DNA from: Fidelibacterota bacterium
GTDB lineage: Bacteria; Fidelibacterota; Marinisomatia; Marinisomatales; UBA2128
Direction: 5' to 3'
Length of the DNA: 17,416 bases
Assembly (NCBI GenBank): GCA_046861645.1
Contig: JBHHUM010000045.1
Span: 1-17,416, forward strand
Part shown: one piece after another, positions 7,765 through 15,782 of the stretch
Position numbering within the stretch: the stretch's first letter is position 1
How the letters are laid out: the number at the start of each line of letters is the position of its first letter
Notes under the pieces: model-generated
The model's database searches: none
Told to the model about the DNA's origin: nothing
Seen by the model: the letters and a program-made list of their open reading frames with translations, nothing else
Position numbers and translations under genes: made by a program

Positions 7765-8406
7765 ATGTTAAAACGATTTGCTTTTCGTTTTTGGATAATA
7801 GTACCAGGAGTCCTTATGACGCAAGTTGATTACAACAGTCAGATTCAACCTATCTTTAATAATAATTGCATAGTTTGCCATGGAATTTCGGGAGGACTCA
7901 GCCTGGCTTCTTATGAAGATCTAATGACCGGAGGTAGCCATGGTGAAGTGATAATAGCCTTTGATGCTGAAAATAGTATTCTCGCTCAGAAAATTCAGTC
8001 TGATCCTCCCTTTGGTAGCCGCATGCCACAAAACAATCCAACTTATTTTGATGAACATCCAGAGGAATTGCAGCTGATAATTGATTGGATTAATGAAGGA
8101 GCTGCCGAGACGGTATCAATTACTTCCCGTGTCAATCCTCCCAGTAAATTCGCCATAACAGGATCCTTTCCCAATCCGTTTAATGCCGCTACTACCATAA
8201 CCTTTACCGTACCCAGGTTGACGGACCTGGAACTGGAGGTTGTTAATCTTGTAGGACAGCGAGTGGCTATTCTGCTTGAAGGAACGGTAACTCCTGGGTC
8301 ACATCAAGTAGTATGGAAGGCTGACAAAATAAGCAGTGGGTTTTATGTTGCTCGTCTTAACGCAGACGGTAACATGTTCGCCACCAAGCTCCTGTTACTA
8401 AAGTAA
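7765..8406 (+). CDS. Secreted monoheme c-type cytochrome (planctomycete cytochrome C/PSCyt1-like) with a T9SS type A-like C-terminal sorting domain
   Basis: Signal peptide before QVDY; IQPIFNNNCIVCH (CxxCH at 7867-7881), RMP, IIDWINEGA; tail FPNPFN...NLVGQRV...SSGFYVARL...TKLLLLK. Start is GTG 7762 or ATG 7765. Confidence 0.85.
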   Translation: MLKRFAFRFWIIVPGVLMTQVDYNSQIQPIFNNNCIVCHGISGGLSLASYEDLMTGGSHGEVIIAFDAENSILAQKIQSDPPFGSRMPQNNPTYFDEHPEELQLIIDWINEGAAETVSITSRVNPPSKFAITGSFPNPFNAATTITFTVPRLTDLELEVVNLVGQRVAILLEGTVTPGSHQVVWKADKISSGFYVARLNADGNMFATKLLLLK

Positions 8407-8807
8407 TGAGTCGTGGGGGCAGGCTGGCCAGCAGTATCATCATGGGACTACTAGCTGGTTGTTCAGATATGGGTAGCGGTCCCCCTCCTGAAGATCTTAC
8501 TTTTTCTGGCGACATTCAGGTCATCTTTGACCATAACTGTACTACAGATTGCCATGAAGGAGAGAATGCAACCGGTGGTCTTAATCTTTCTTCGAATAAA
8601 AGCTATGAAAATCTTGTTAATGTCCCTTCTAATTATGTGGGTTTATTGCGTGTGGAACCGGGCAATGCTGACAGTTCTTCCCTTTATCTGAAGGTGATCG
8701 GCAATCCCCGAACCGAAGTCAGGATGCCTCTGGAAGGTAATTCTCTTTCTGAGGAACAGATCTTGAAAATAAAAATATGGATCGATGATGGTGCTCAGGA
8801 TAACTAA
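8406..8807 (+). CDS. Lipoprotein monoheme c-type cytochrome (PSCyt1-like) with a CX3CH motif
   Basis: Lipobox LLAG-C; IQVIFDHNCTTDCH (8538-8555), GGLNL, SSLYLKV, RMP, IKIWIDDGA; TAATG overlap with the upstream gene. Confidence 0.82.
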   Translation: MSRGGRLASSIIMGLLAGCSDMGSGPPPEDLTFSGDIQVIFDHNCTTDCHEGENATGGLNLSSNKSYENLVNVPSNYVGLLRVEPGNADSSSLYLKVIGNPRTEVRMPLEGNSLSEEQILKIKIWIDDGAQDN

Positions 8808-9894
8808 AATAATCTACTTTCTATTCATGGGGTTCCTACCAGCACTTCCGATTACCCTCCTGGCGGTTCCACGACTGGCTGTGCAGAATGGAGTCTCCTG
8901 CATAACCTGTCACTTGAATCCAACCGGAGGTGGTCTTCGTAATGAGTACGGTTCTTCCGTGGTTTCGTTAGATGAACTACCCCTTCTGTCACCATCAAAG
9001 CAACCAGCTTTTACAGGTGCTCTTTCTGATCATCTTCGGGTGGGTATGGATTTTCGAATGCAATCCTATGTTCACAGCGAGGTCAAAGACCAATGGGAAA
9101 TCGTTCTTTTCCCAATGCAGTTGGAGCTTTATGGTCACTGGTTAGTTACCAATGGTCTACAGGCTTATGCTGCTGTGGATGCAATAAGGAGCAATTCCGA
9201 AGTCTGGGTAAGTGTGGAAGTAAAAAAACTAAATGGTTACTTCCGAGCCGGTAAAATGATACCCCACTTTGGACTGGCACTTGATGATCATACGACTTTC
9301 GTGAGGGGGGGAAATATCAAGCTGAAAAATGGTCTCAATGCGGAAGGGATGATTTTTACACCTCTACGCTCCTTGGTTAATACCGTTGAGACCGGTATTA
9401 ATTTAGGGAATTTCTTTATCACTGGTAGTATCTCCGACGGCTACGTCTTTAGTGAATCAAAAAAAAGGACTTTAGCTGGGCGAGTGGAGTATTCTGGAAT
9501 GTTTCGAGAGATTACGATGCTGGCGGGTGGTTCGGTGATAGAGGAAGGTAATTTCCTCCTGTTGGGACTCTTTAGTGGTTTTGCCCGAGGATCATTCGCC
9601 TGGATGGGAGAGGTAAACATTGCTGACAATTGGGTAGGAGATGGTTCTTCCATAGCATCTTTCAATGAGTTAAGTTACGGGTTGTTTCCAGGGCTGACCG
9701 TCACAGCCAGATACGATTTTTTCGATGAAAATATCAAATACCTGCAAAATGCTATCAGCCGGATAACGGCTGGTATCGAATTCTTTCCAATACCCTATGT
9801 TGAAATCCGCAGTCAAGTTCGCGTTACCCAAGTATCTTTCGAAAAAAGTAGTAAAAGTCCTGAGTTTATCACTCAGGTTCATCTGTGGTTTTAG
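8785..9894 (+). CDS. Outer-membrane beta-barrel with an N-terminal monoheme domain (Cyc2-like cytochrome-porin architecture)
   Basis: Signal peptide, then AVPRLAVQNGVSCITCHLNPTGGGLRNEYG (CxxCH at 8899-8913). The remainder is alternating amphipathic strands ending ITQVHLWF (terminal-Phe beta-signal). Exact start uncertain. Confidence 0.8.
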   Translation: MMVLRITKIIYFLFMGFLPALPITLLAVPRLAVQNGVSCITCHLNPTGGGLRNEYGSSVVSLDELPLLSPSKQPAFTGALSDHLRVGMDFRMQSYVHSEVKDQWEIVLFPMQLELYGHWLVTNGLQAYAAVDAIRSNSEVWVSVEVKKLNGYFRAGKMIPHFGLALDDHTTFVRGGNIKLKNGLNAEGMIFTPLRSLVNTVETGINLGNFFITGSISDGYVFSESKKRTLAGRVEYSGMFREITMLAGGSVIEEGNFLLLGLFSGFARGSFAWMGEVNIADNWVGDGSSIASFNELSYGLFPGLTVTARYDFFDENIKYLQNAISRITAGIEFFPIPYVEIRSQVRVTQVSFEKSSKSPEFITQVHLWF

Positions 9895-9907
9895 AAAGGA
9901 GGAATAA

Positions 9908-10270
9908 ATGAAGAAAAGTGCCATGGGAATAATAGTAGTACTCTTATTAGGGGGAGTAGTGAAAGCTCAGGATGTAAAAAATGTTCGGGTTCTTCCTTTT
10001 AAGAGTACTCGCGAAATAGTGCCTTACATGAAAGAGATGGCTGGTACCTTGGGTGTGAAGTGCAATTTCTGCCATAATATGAAAGATAAATCACTGGATG
10101 AGATTAAACATAAGCTCATCGCCCGGGAGATGATGCGGATGGTGAACGGTATTAATAAAGATTACATGACACCGCTGAAGGTTGATGCCATCACTTGTTG
10201 GACTTGCCATCGTGGAACTTCTGAACCCCCTCGTAGTGTTGATGACAAGCGGAAACCCCACAAGCATTAA
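9908..10270 (+). CDS. Periplasmic diheme c-type cytochrome (short CytoC_RC/PufC-related family)
   Basis: RBS AGGAGG 9897-9902; signal peptide VKA|Q; KNVRVL, M...LGVKCNFCH (10061-10075), IAREMMRMV..IN, ITCWTCHRG (10196-10210). Confidence 0.88.
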   Translation: MKKSAMGIIVVLLLGGVVKAQDVKNVRVLPFKSTREIVPYMKEMAGTLGVKCNFCHNMKDKSLDEIKHKLIAREMMRMVNGINKDYMTPLKVDAITCWTCHRGTSEPPRSVDDKRKPHKH

Positions 10271-10287
10271 TCAGGTAGGGTTATCTC

Positions 10288-11661
10288 ATGGATATAACAT
10301 CGGTAATAGCTTTTGCTAAAGATCAAAACCAGAGGTTCATAAAGGAACTGGAGGAATTTGTAAAGATTCCGAGCATCTCCAGTAGTTCAGAGCATACAGC
10401 AGACATTCACCGTTGTGCTGATTTTTTAAGGGATCAAATGCACCGTATTGGACTGAAGAGAACGGAAGTCATAGCAACATCGGGGAATCCGATCGTTTAT
10501 GGTGAGTGGCTGGAGGCAGAAGGGAAACCAACAATACTGATATATGGTCATTATGATGTACAGCCAGTTGATCCCCTGGAACTTTGGGTATCACCTCCCT
10601 TTGAACCTCAAATCCGAGCTGGACGCCTTTACGGTCGTGGCACCGTTGATGATAAGGGACAGATTTACATCCACCTGAAAGCTATCGAATCCTGGTTAGC
10701 AGTACACGATCGGTTACCGTTGAATATCAAGTTTATTGCTGAAGGAGAGGAAGAAGTAGGTAGTACGAACCTGGGCGAATTTCTAGCCCACAATTACCAA
10801 TTGTTGAAAACGGATATAACGGTTATTTCGGATACACCCATGTTCAAGAAAGGGATGCCGTCCATCTGTTATGGTCTTCGGGGACTGGCCTATTATCAGC
10901 TGAATATACGGGGTTCCAAACAGGACCTGCACTCTGGTTCCTTTGGAGGTGTAGTGAAGAATCCTATTCAAGCTCTGGCTGAAATTATCGCCCAGTTTAA
11001 AGATGATAATGGGAGAATCACTATTCCCGGTTTTTATGATGATGTTATTCCTATAGGTCCTGAGGAGCGAGAAAACCTTTCTAAGCTACCCTTTGATGAA
11101 GAAGTTTTTCGCCGGGAAGTAGGTGCTCCAGCTCTCTCCGGTGAGGATGGCTACTCTATACTGGAGAACCTCTGGGTTCGACCCACACTGGATGTATGTG
11201 GAATTTGGGGTGGATTTCAAGAAGAAGGAGCCAAGACTATTATCCCCGCTGAGGCTCATGCTAAAGTAAGCATGCGGTTGGTACCCAACCAAACTCCAGA
11301 ACAAATTGGTAAACTGTTTGAAAAGTATATTCAGGAGATTGCCCCGCCAGAGGTGGAAGTGGTAGTGGAAAGTTTACATGGTGGTGATGGTTTCATTACG
11401 GATGTGACACATCCTGCTTTCAATGCCGTGAAGATTGCCCTTAGAAAAGGATTTGGGAAAGAGACTGTATTCATTCGCGAAGGGGGTTCAATTCCTTTTG
11501 TTCAAACGATGTCCGAAACTCTCCAAGTACCGTGCCTGCTGATCGGTTTTGGCTTACCAGATGAAAATGCTCATGCTCCCAACGAATGGCTCGATTTGGA
11601 AAATTATCACTTAGGTATATTAAGCAGTGTCTATCTTTATGATGAACTGGCTCGGAACTAA
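10288..11661 (+). CDS. M20 family dipeptidase (CNDP/Dug1-like, ArgE/DapE superfamily)
   Basis: YGHYDVQP, GRGTVDDKG, EGEEEVGS, DLHSG, GGSIP, AHAPNE. Confidence 0.93.
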   Translation: MDITSVIAFAKDQNQRFIKELEEFVKIPSISSSSEHTADIHRCADFLRDQMHRIGLKRTEVIATSGNPIVYGEWLEAEGKPTILIYGHYDVQPVDPLELWVSPPFEPQIRAGRLYGRGTVDDKGQIYIHLKAIESWLAVHDRLPLNIKFIAEGEEEVGSTNLGEFLAHNYQLLKTDITVISDTPMFKKGMPSICYGLRGLAYYQLNIRGSKQDLHSGSFGGVVKNPIQALAEIIAQFKDDNGRITIPGFYDDVIPIGPEERENLSKLPFDEEVFRREVGAPALSGEDGYSILENLWVRPTLDVCGIWGGFQEEGAKTIIPAEAHAKVSMRLVPNQTPEQIGKLFEKYIQEIAPPEVEVVVESLHGGDGFITDVTHPAFNAVKIALRKGFGKETVFIREGGSIPFVQTMSETLQVPCLLIGFGLPDENAHAPNEWLDLENYHLGILSSVYLYDELARN

Positions 11662-12943
11662 ACTCTCATTTCAAATTCTTTACCTGGGTGTTCTTATTCT
11701 TCCTCTGATGGCGCAGGAAGAAAATCAGAAATCTGAACAGATCTCAGATATCATCATTAACGGAAATAAAATCACTCAAGAATACATCATCCGTCGAGAG
11801 ATTTTTCACCCTGTCAATGCTTTATATGATTCAGTTTTGGCTGCTGAAGATCGGAACAGGATTGACAACTTGGGAATTTTCTCTGAAGTAAAAGTTATGC
11901 TTCAACCTAATGGTGATGGAACACAGAGTCTTGCTTTCGAGGTTGTAGAATCCTGGAGGATTTTTCCATTACCCATTATTATCTATCAGGAAGAAACTGG
12001 ATGGTCTTATGGTGGTATGGTAGTTATCAAGAATTTCAGGGGTAGGAATGAAAACCTGTCAGCGTTCGCCTCCTTTGGGGATAGAATGTTAGGTGGTATT
12101 GGTTTTGACGATCCCTGGATTTTAGGTGATCATGTATCATTTCGAGGGCATATATTTTTTCAAGTCTCTGAACATTTGTTTCTTCCTCATGAGTATCAAG
12201 AGCTTGATTTCGAAACAACAGTTGGTCGCTATTTCGGTTATCAATGGAAGATATGGGGAACTGTTAGTGTTGAGAAGAGATGGATTGATTACTTTGCTGA
12301 CGACAAACAGGATATTGAACAACACTATTTCCAAACAAAGTTTCAACTTATTTATGATACTCGAGATTTATACATAGATCCTTCAAGGGGAATCTACGTT
12401 GATACCCAACTTCGCCCTGAGATAGGACTGGATGAAGACTCTCCTAATTTTATTGAAATGGACATCACGGCCAGTTCTTTCAGGTTGCTCATCCCCGGTA
12501 AAAGAAAATGGGTAGTCGGTGCATCTGTTACTCTGCACCGTTACTTTGGAAATAGTTTACCTTACAAGATATTTTCTGTAGGAGGTGTTGAATCTGTCCG
12601 TGGTTGGGAGGTACTTGATTCTACCCGTTATATGAGTGAATCTTTTCGTTCAGGATTGAACTATTATTATATGTCGGCTGAACTTCGTCAGACTTTGATT
12701 CCCAAACGGTTGACTCGTTTTGGGACAGAGTTTGGATTAATCTTGGCAGAGTTCTTTGATTTAGGAGCAGCTGATAATACTTTCTCTGGTATGATCAAGA
12801 AAGAGCCAATATTCGGTGCTGGGGCGGGGATTCGTTTCTATGTTCCAGGAAATATTTTGTTTAGATTAGATTATGCGGTCGGTTATTATCAACAATCGTG
12901 GAGTAAACCACAGTGGCACATATCGGTAGGTCACAAATTCTGA
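11639..12943 (+). CDS. Omp85 (BamA/TamA) superfamily outer-membrane protein with a single POTRA domain
   Basis: Signal peptide LMA|Q; POTRA (IIINGNKITQEYIIRREI...RIDNLGIFSEV); NFRGRNE, YDTRD...PSRG, GGVESVRGW lid motif, GAGIRF, terminal GHKF. ATG 11639/11642 preferred over GTG 11627. Confidence 0.88.
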   Translation: MMNWLGTKLSFQILYLGVLILPLMAQEENQKSEQISDIIINGNKITQEYIIRREIFHPVNALYDSVLAAEDRNRIDNLGIFSEVKVMLQPNGDGTQSLAFEVVESWRIFPLPIIIYQEETGWSYGGMVVIKNFRGRNENLSAFASFGDRMLGGIGFDDPWILGDHVSFRGHIFFQVSEHLFLPHEYQELDFETTVGRYFGYQWKIWGTVSVEKRWIDYFADDKQDIEQHYFQTKFQLIYDTRDLYIDPSRGIYVDTQLRPEIGLDEDSPNFIEMDITASSFRLLIPGKRKWVVGASVTLHRYFGNSLPYKIFSVGGVESVRGWEVLDSTRYMSESFRSGLNYYYMSAELRQTLIPKRLTRFGTEFGLILAEFFDLGAADNTFSGMIKKEPIFGAGAGIRFYVPGNILFRLDYAVGYYQQSWSKPQWHISVGHKF

Positions 12944-12969
12944 GGTTGCGATGGTGAGGGAGGTTAACA

Positions 12970-14622
12970 ATGTCCACCGTGCATGAACAATTCAACGATC
13001 TGGTGAATCGATACTATGATGACTTCTTCAATTTTAATCCCACAGCTGGTCGAAATGCTGGTTTTCACAGCTATTGTGGTAAAGTACCGGATTTTTCTTA
13101 TGAGAACATCATGGGTTTTATTAAGCGACTGCAATTTTATGAAATTGAGGCAGAACGATTGGTGAAGGAAGACCTTGGAAAACAGGAATCTGCTGACCTG
13201 ACACAACTGATGTTGGCAATACGGTTTGAATGTTTCCGGTTGTTACAGTTGAGGTGGTGGGCTGAAGATCCCATGGCCTACGAAATCCATCTCGACGTTA
13301 GTTCATACTTAAAACGGAACTATGACACACTGTTAGTTAGAGCCCAGCACGTCGCTCAACATTTGCGTGAAATCCCCCGTTTTTTAGATCAACAGAAGTA
13401 TAATCTGCAATCACCTCTCCCCAGAATAAATTTGAGTACAGCTATTGAATCTTACCGAGGTTACAGAGACTTCTATCGACAAGAAGTTTCACCATATTTT
13501 TCCACCGTTGAGGATAAAAATGTTGTATTGGATTTAGAGCAAGCTGTGGACCGGGCAACCCGAGCTCTAGACGAATTCATTCGTTACATGGAAGAGGTTT
13601 TACTACCTGATTCCACAGAAGCTTTTGCCATAGGGCGCTTCAATCTGATTGATTTACTTCGTCATGGCGAAATGGTAGAGATGGGGTTAGGTGATCTCTT
13701 AATCCTTAGCCAGGAAGACCTGGATAAAAATAAAGATGCTTTCAAAAGCCTGGCTAAGGAATTTATGCCTGGGAAAAGTGCTGCTGAAGTGATGGCTGAG
13801 ATTGCCAGAGATCATCCCCAGGGGGAATCCCTTATCGAAGATACGAAAGGGATGTTAGAGGCGATCAGATCCTTCATCATTGAAAGGGATCTGGTCACCA
13901 TTCCCTCGGAAGTACGCATCAAGGTGGTGGAAACTCCGTCGTTCTACCGTTGGGCTTTTGCCATGTGTGATACTCCTGGACCCTATGAAAAGTCAGCAAC
14001 TGAATCTTTTTATTACGTGACCAATGTATTAGATGAATGGACTCCCAAGATGAAGGAAGAATGGCTCAGTAAATTCGATTATGCTACCTTGGACAATGTA
14101 TCTATTCACGAAGCTTACCCCGGCCATTATGTCCATTATCTCCACACTTTATCAGCTCCTTCGAAAGTGTCAAAATTGGCTGGAGCCTATTCCTTCTGGG
14201 AAGGATGGGCTCATTACGGGGAAGAAATGATGTTGGAACAGGGGTGGCACAAAGGTGACCTGCGTTACGGCTTGGCTCAAATCTCAGAAGCACTACTGAG
14301 AGATTGCCGATTCATCTGTGCCATAAAGATGCACACTCGCCAAATGACCGTTAAGGAAGCAACTGATTTCTTCATGGAAAATGCTCTCATGGCGGAGGTA
14401 CCAGCTCGTAAGGAGGCTGAGCGTGGCACGTTTGATCCGGGATATATGAACTATACTCTGGGGAAGTTGATGATTTTGAAACTCCGGGAGGATTGGAAAG
14501 CACAGGAGGGTGATTCGTATTCACTGAAAAAGTTTCATGATACACTTTTATCATTTGGTGCTCCACCCATTCCCCTTGTGCGGAAGCTAATGCTTACTTC
14601 CAACATCGATCAGATTCTCTGA
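12970..14622 (+). CDS. DUF885-family protein (putative zinc metallopeptidase)
   Basis: HEAYPGHYVH, EGWAHYGE, YTLGKLMILKLR, FHDTLL..G..PI; RBS GGAGG upstream; no signal peptide evident. Confidence 0.9.
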   Translation: MSTVHEQFNDLVNRYYDDFFNFNPTAGRNAGFHSYCGKVPDFSYENIMGFIKRLQFYEIEAERLVKEDLGKQESADLTQLMLAIRFECFRLLQLRWWAEDPMAYEIHLDVSSYLKRNYDTLLVRAQHVAQHLREIPRFLDQQKYNLQSPLPRINLSTAIESYRGYRDFYRQEVSPYFSTVEDKNVVLDLEQAVDRATRALDEFIRYMEEVLLPDSTEAFAIGRFNLIDLLRHGEMVEMGLGDLLILSQEDLDKNKDAFKSLAKEFMPGKSAAEVMAEIARDHPQGESLIEDTKGMLEAIRSFIIERDLVTIPSEVRIKVVETPSFYRWAFAMCDTPGPYEKSATESFYYVTNVLDEWTPKMKEEWLSKFDYATLDNVSIHEAYPGHYVHYLHTLSAPSKVSKLAGAYSFWEGWAHYGEEMMLEQGWHKGDLRYGLAQISEALLRDCRFICAIKMHTRQMTVKEATDFFMENALMAEVPARKEAERGTFDPGYMNYTLGKLMILKLREDWKAQEGDSYSLKKFHDTLLSFGAPPIPLVRKLMLTSNIDQIL

Positions 14623-15007
14623 TGTCGAAAATTCACCGGGTTTTCTCTGGAGCTCCCTAGGAATCTAAAATTGGGTACTGTTGAGCTCTAAGAGTTGGTG
14701 ATCAGATATATTAACAGGTGCTGCCCCCATTGCAGATAATGGTTTGAATTTTTCTCCAGGTGACGCTTACGCCCAAACCCGTAGGTGTCTTGAAATTATC
14801 GACAAAGCCCTACGAGAATTGGAGGCTGGTATTTCAAATGTAGTTCGTCCCCGTATGTATGTCACTGATATTTCCCGTTGAGAAAATTTTGGTCCTGTTC
14901 ATCATGAATATTTTGGGGAACACCCCCCTGCCACTTCTATGGTGGAGGTGAAAGCACTCATTGATCCTGAAATGCTAATTGAGATCGAAGTTCATGCTAT
15001 CATCAGG
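14622..15007 (+). pseudogene. RidA/YjgF (Rid) family pseudogene
   Basis: From ATG 14622: MSKIHRVFSGAP*ESKIGYC*ALRVGDQIY, frameshift near 14710, then TGAAPIADNG...GDAYAQTRRCLEIIDKAL...VVRPRMYVTDISR*ENFGPVHHEYFGEHPPATSMVEVKALIDPEMLIEIEVHA. Stops at 14658, 14682 and 14879. Confidence 0.9.
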
Positions 15008-15014
15008 AGAAATT

Positions 15015-15677
15015 TTAAGAACTGTCATCCTTCAGAGTTTTCTTTAGTAACACTACCTTATCAAATCTATTCTCCGTTCCTTTGCGCAGTCTACTTATAT
15101 TGCTGCGGTGAGTAAAGACAATATAAAAGAAAACAATTAAGGTGAAGATCTGTAAGGATAGTCCTGCTGGTGGAAAATCAAATTGGGGTAGTATCCAGAC
15201 GAAGAGGGGTAAGGTTCCTGTGGCAGTGATCGAACTAACCGAAACGTATCCCCAAGTGATGAGTGTGAGAATAAATACTAAGGCACAAATGGGGATGGCA
15301 TAGGGATAAAGGGCAATAATCAATCCCAACAAAGTAGCTACTCCTTTCCCTCCGCGAAATCCAGCGAAGATTGTATAAGTGTGACCCAAAACCGCAGCTG
15401 ATCCAGTAAGTACCCCACTAAAATGGACATCGATATTAGGCAGACCAGGGTAGTAGTTAGGTAATACAGCCGCAGCTAACCAACCTTTGAGAATATCTAC
15501 GACTGCAACTGACAGAGCAGGCCCCATACCTAGTACCCGGTAAATATTCGTCATCCCGGCATTTCCACTACCATGTTTTCTGATATCGATTTGACTGTGG
15601 ATTTTCCCGACAATCAGACTGGTAGGAATTGAACCTAGTAGATATCCCGACAACACAATTAAGAAAAGCTGAAACAT
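15015..15677 (-). CDS. plsY: Glycerol-3-phosphate 1-O-acyltransferase PlsY
   Basis: YLLGSIP, DIRKHGSGNAGMTN, DILKG, AAVLGH, FRGGKGVAT, YVSVSS, HRSNISRL..GTE. Confidence 0.96.
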   Translation of the reverse strand: MFQLFLIVLSGYLLGSIPTSLIVGKIHSQIDIRKHGSGNAGMTNIYRVLGMGPALSVAVVDILKGWLAAAVLPNYYPGLPNIDVHFSGVLTGSAAVLGHTYTIFAGFRGGKGVATLLGLIIALYPYAIPICALVFILTLITWGYVSVSSITATGTLPLFVWILPQFDFPPAGLSLQIFTLIVFFYIVFTHRSNISRLRKGTENRFDKVVLLKKTLKDDSS

Positions 15678-15757
15678 CAAAAAGTATTTGTTCTTGTTGG
15701 GAACTTTAAGAGTAATTGAGGAGTAAGCTCAGATATAAGTGCCAGCCAGGGGACCAT
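15677..15757 (-). CDS. Unannotated 26-aa small ORF coupled to plsY (MVPWLALISELTPQLLLKFPTRTNTF)
   Basis: AGGAGG (complement of 15767-15772) lies 9 nt upstream of ATG 15757; the TGA stop overlaps the plsY ATG (TGATG). Confidence 0.5.
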   Translation of the reverse strand: MVPWLALISELTPQLLLKFPTRTNTF

Positions 15758-15782
15758 TTGTCTCACCCTCCTAAAACCCCAC

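Noticed and set aside
9908..10270. Evidence of phototrophy from PufC similarity
   Set aside because: Only two hemes, and no pufLM or bch genes in the window; short homologues occur in non-phototrophs.
14622..15007. Stop-codon recoding (Sec, Pyl or alternative code) in the Rid gene
   Set aside because: Both TAG and TGA occur along with a frameshift, and neighbouring genes use TAG and TGA as true stops.
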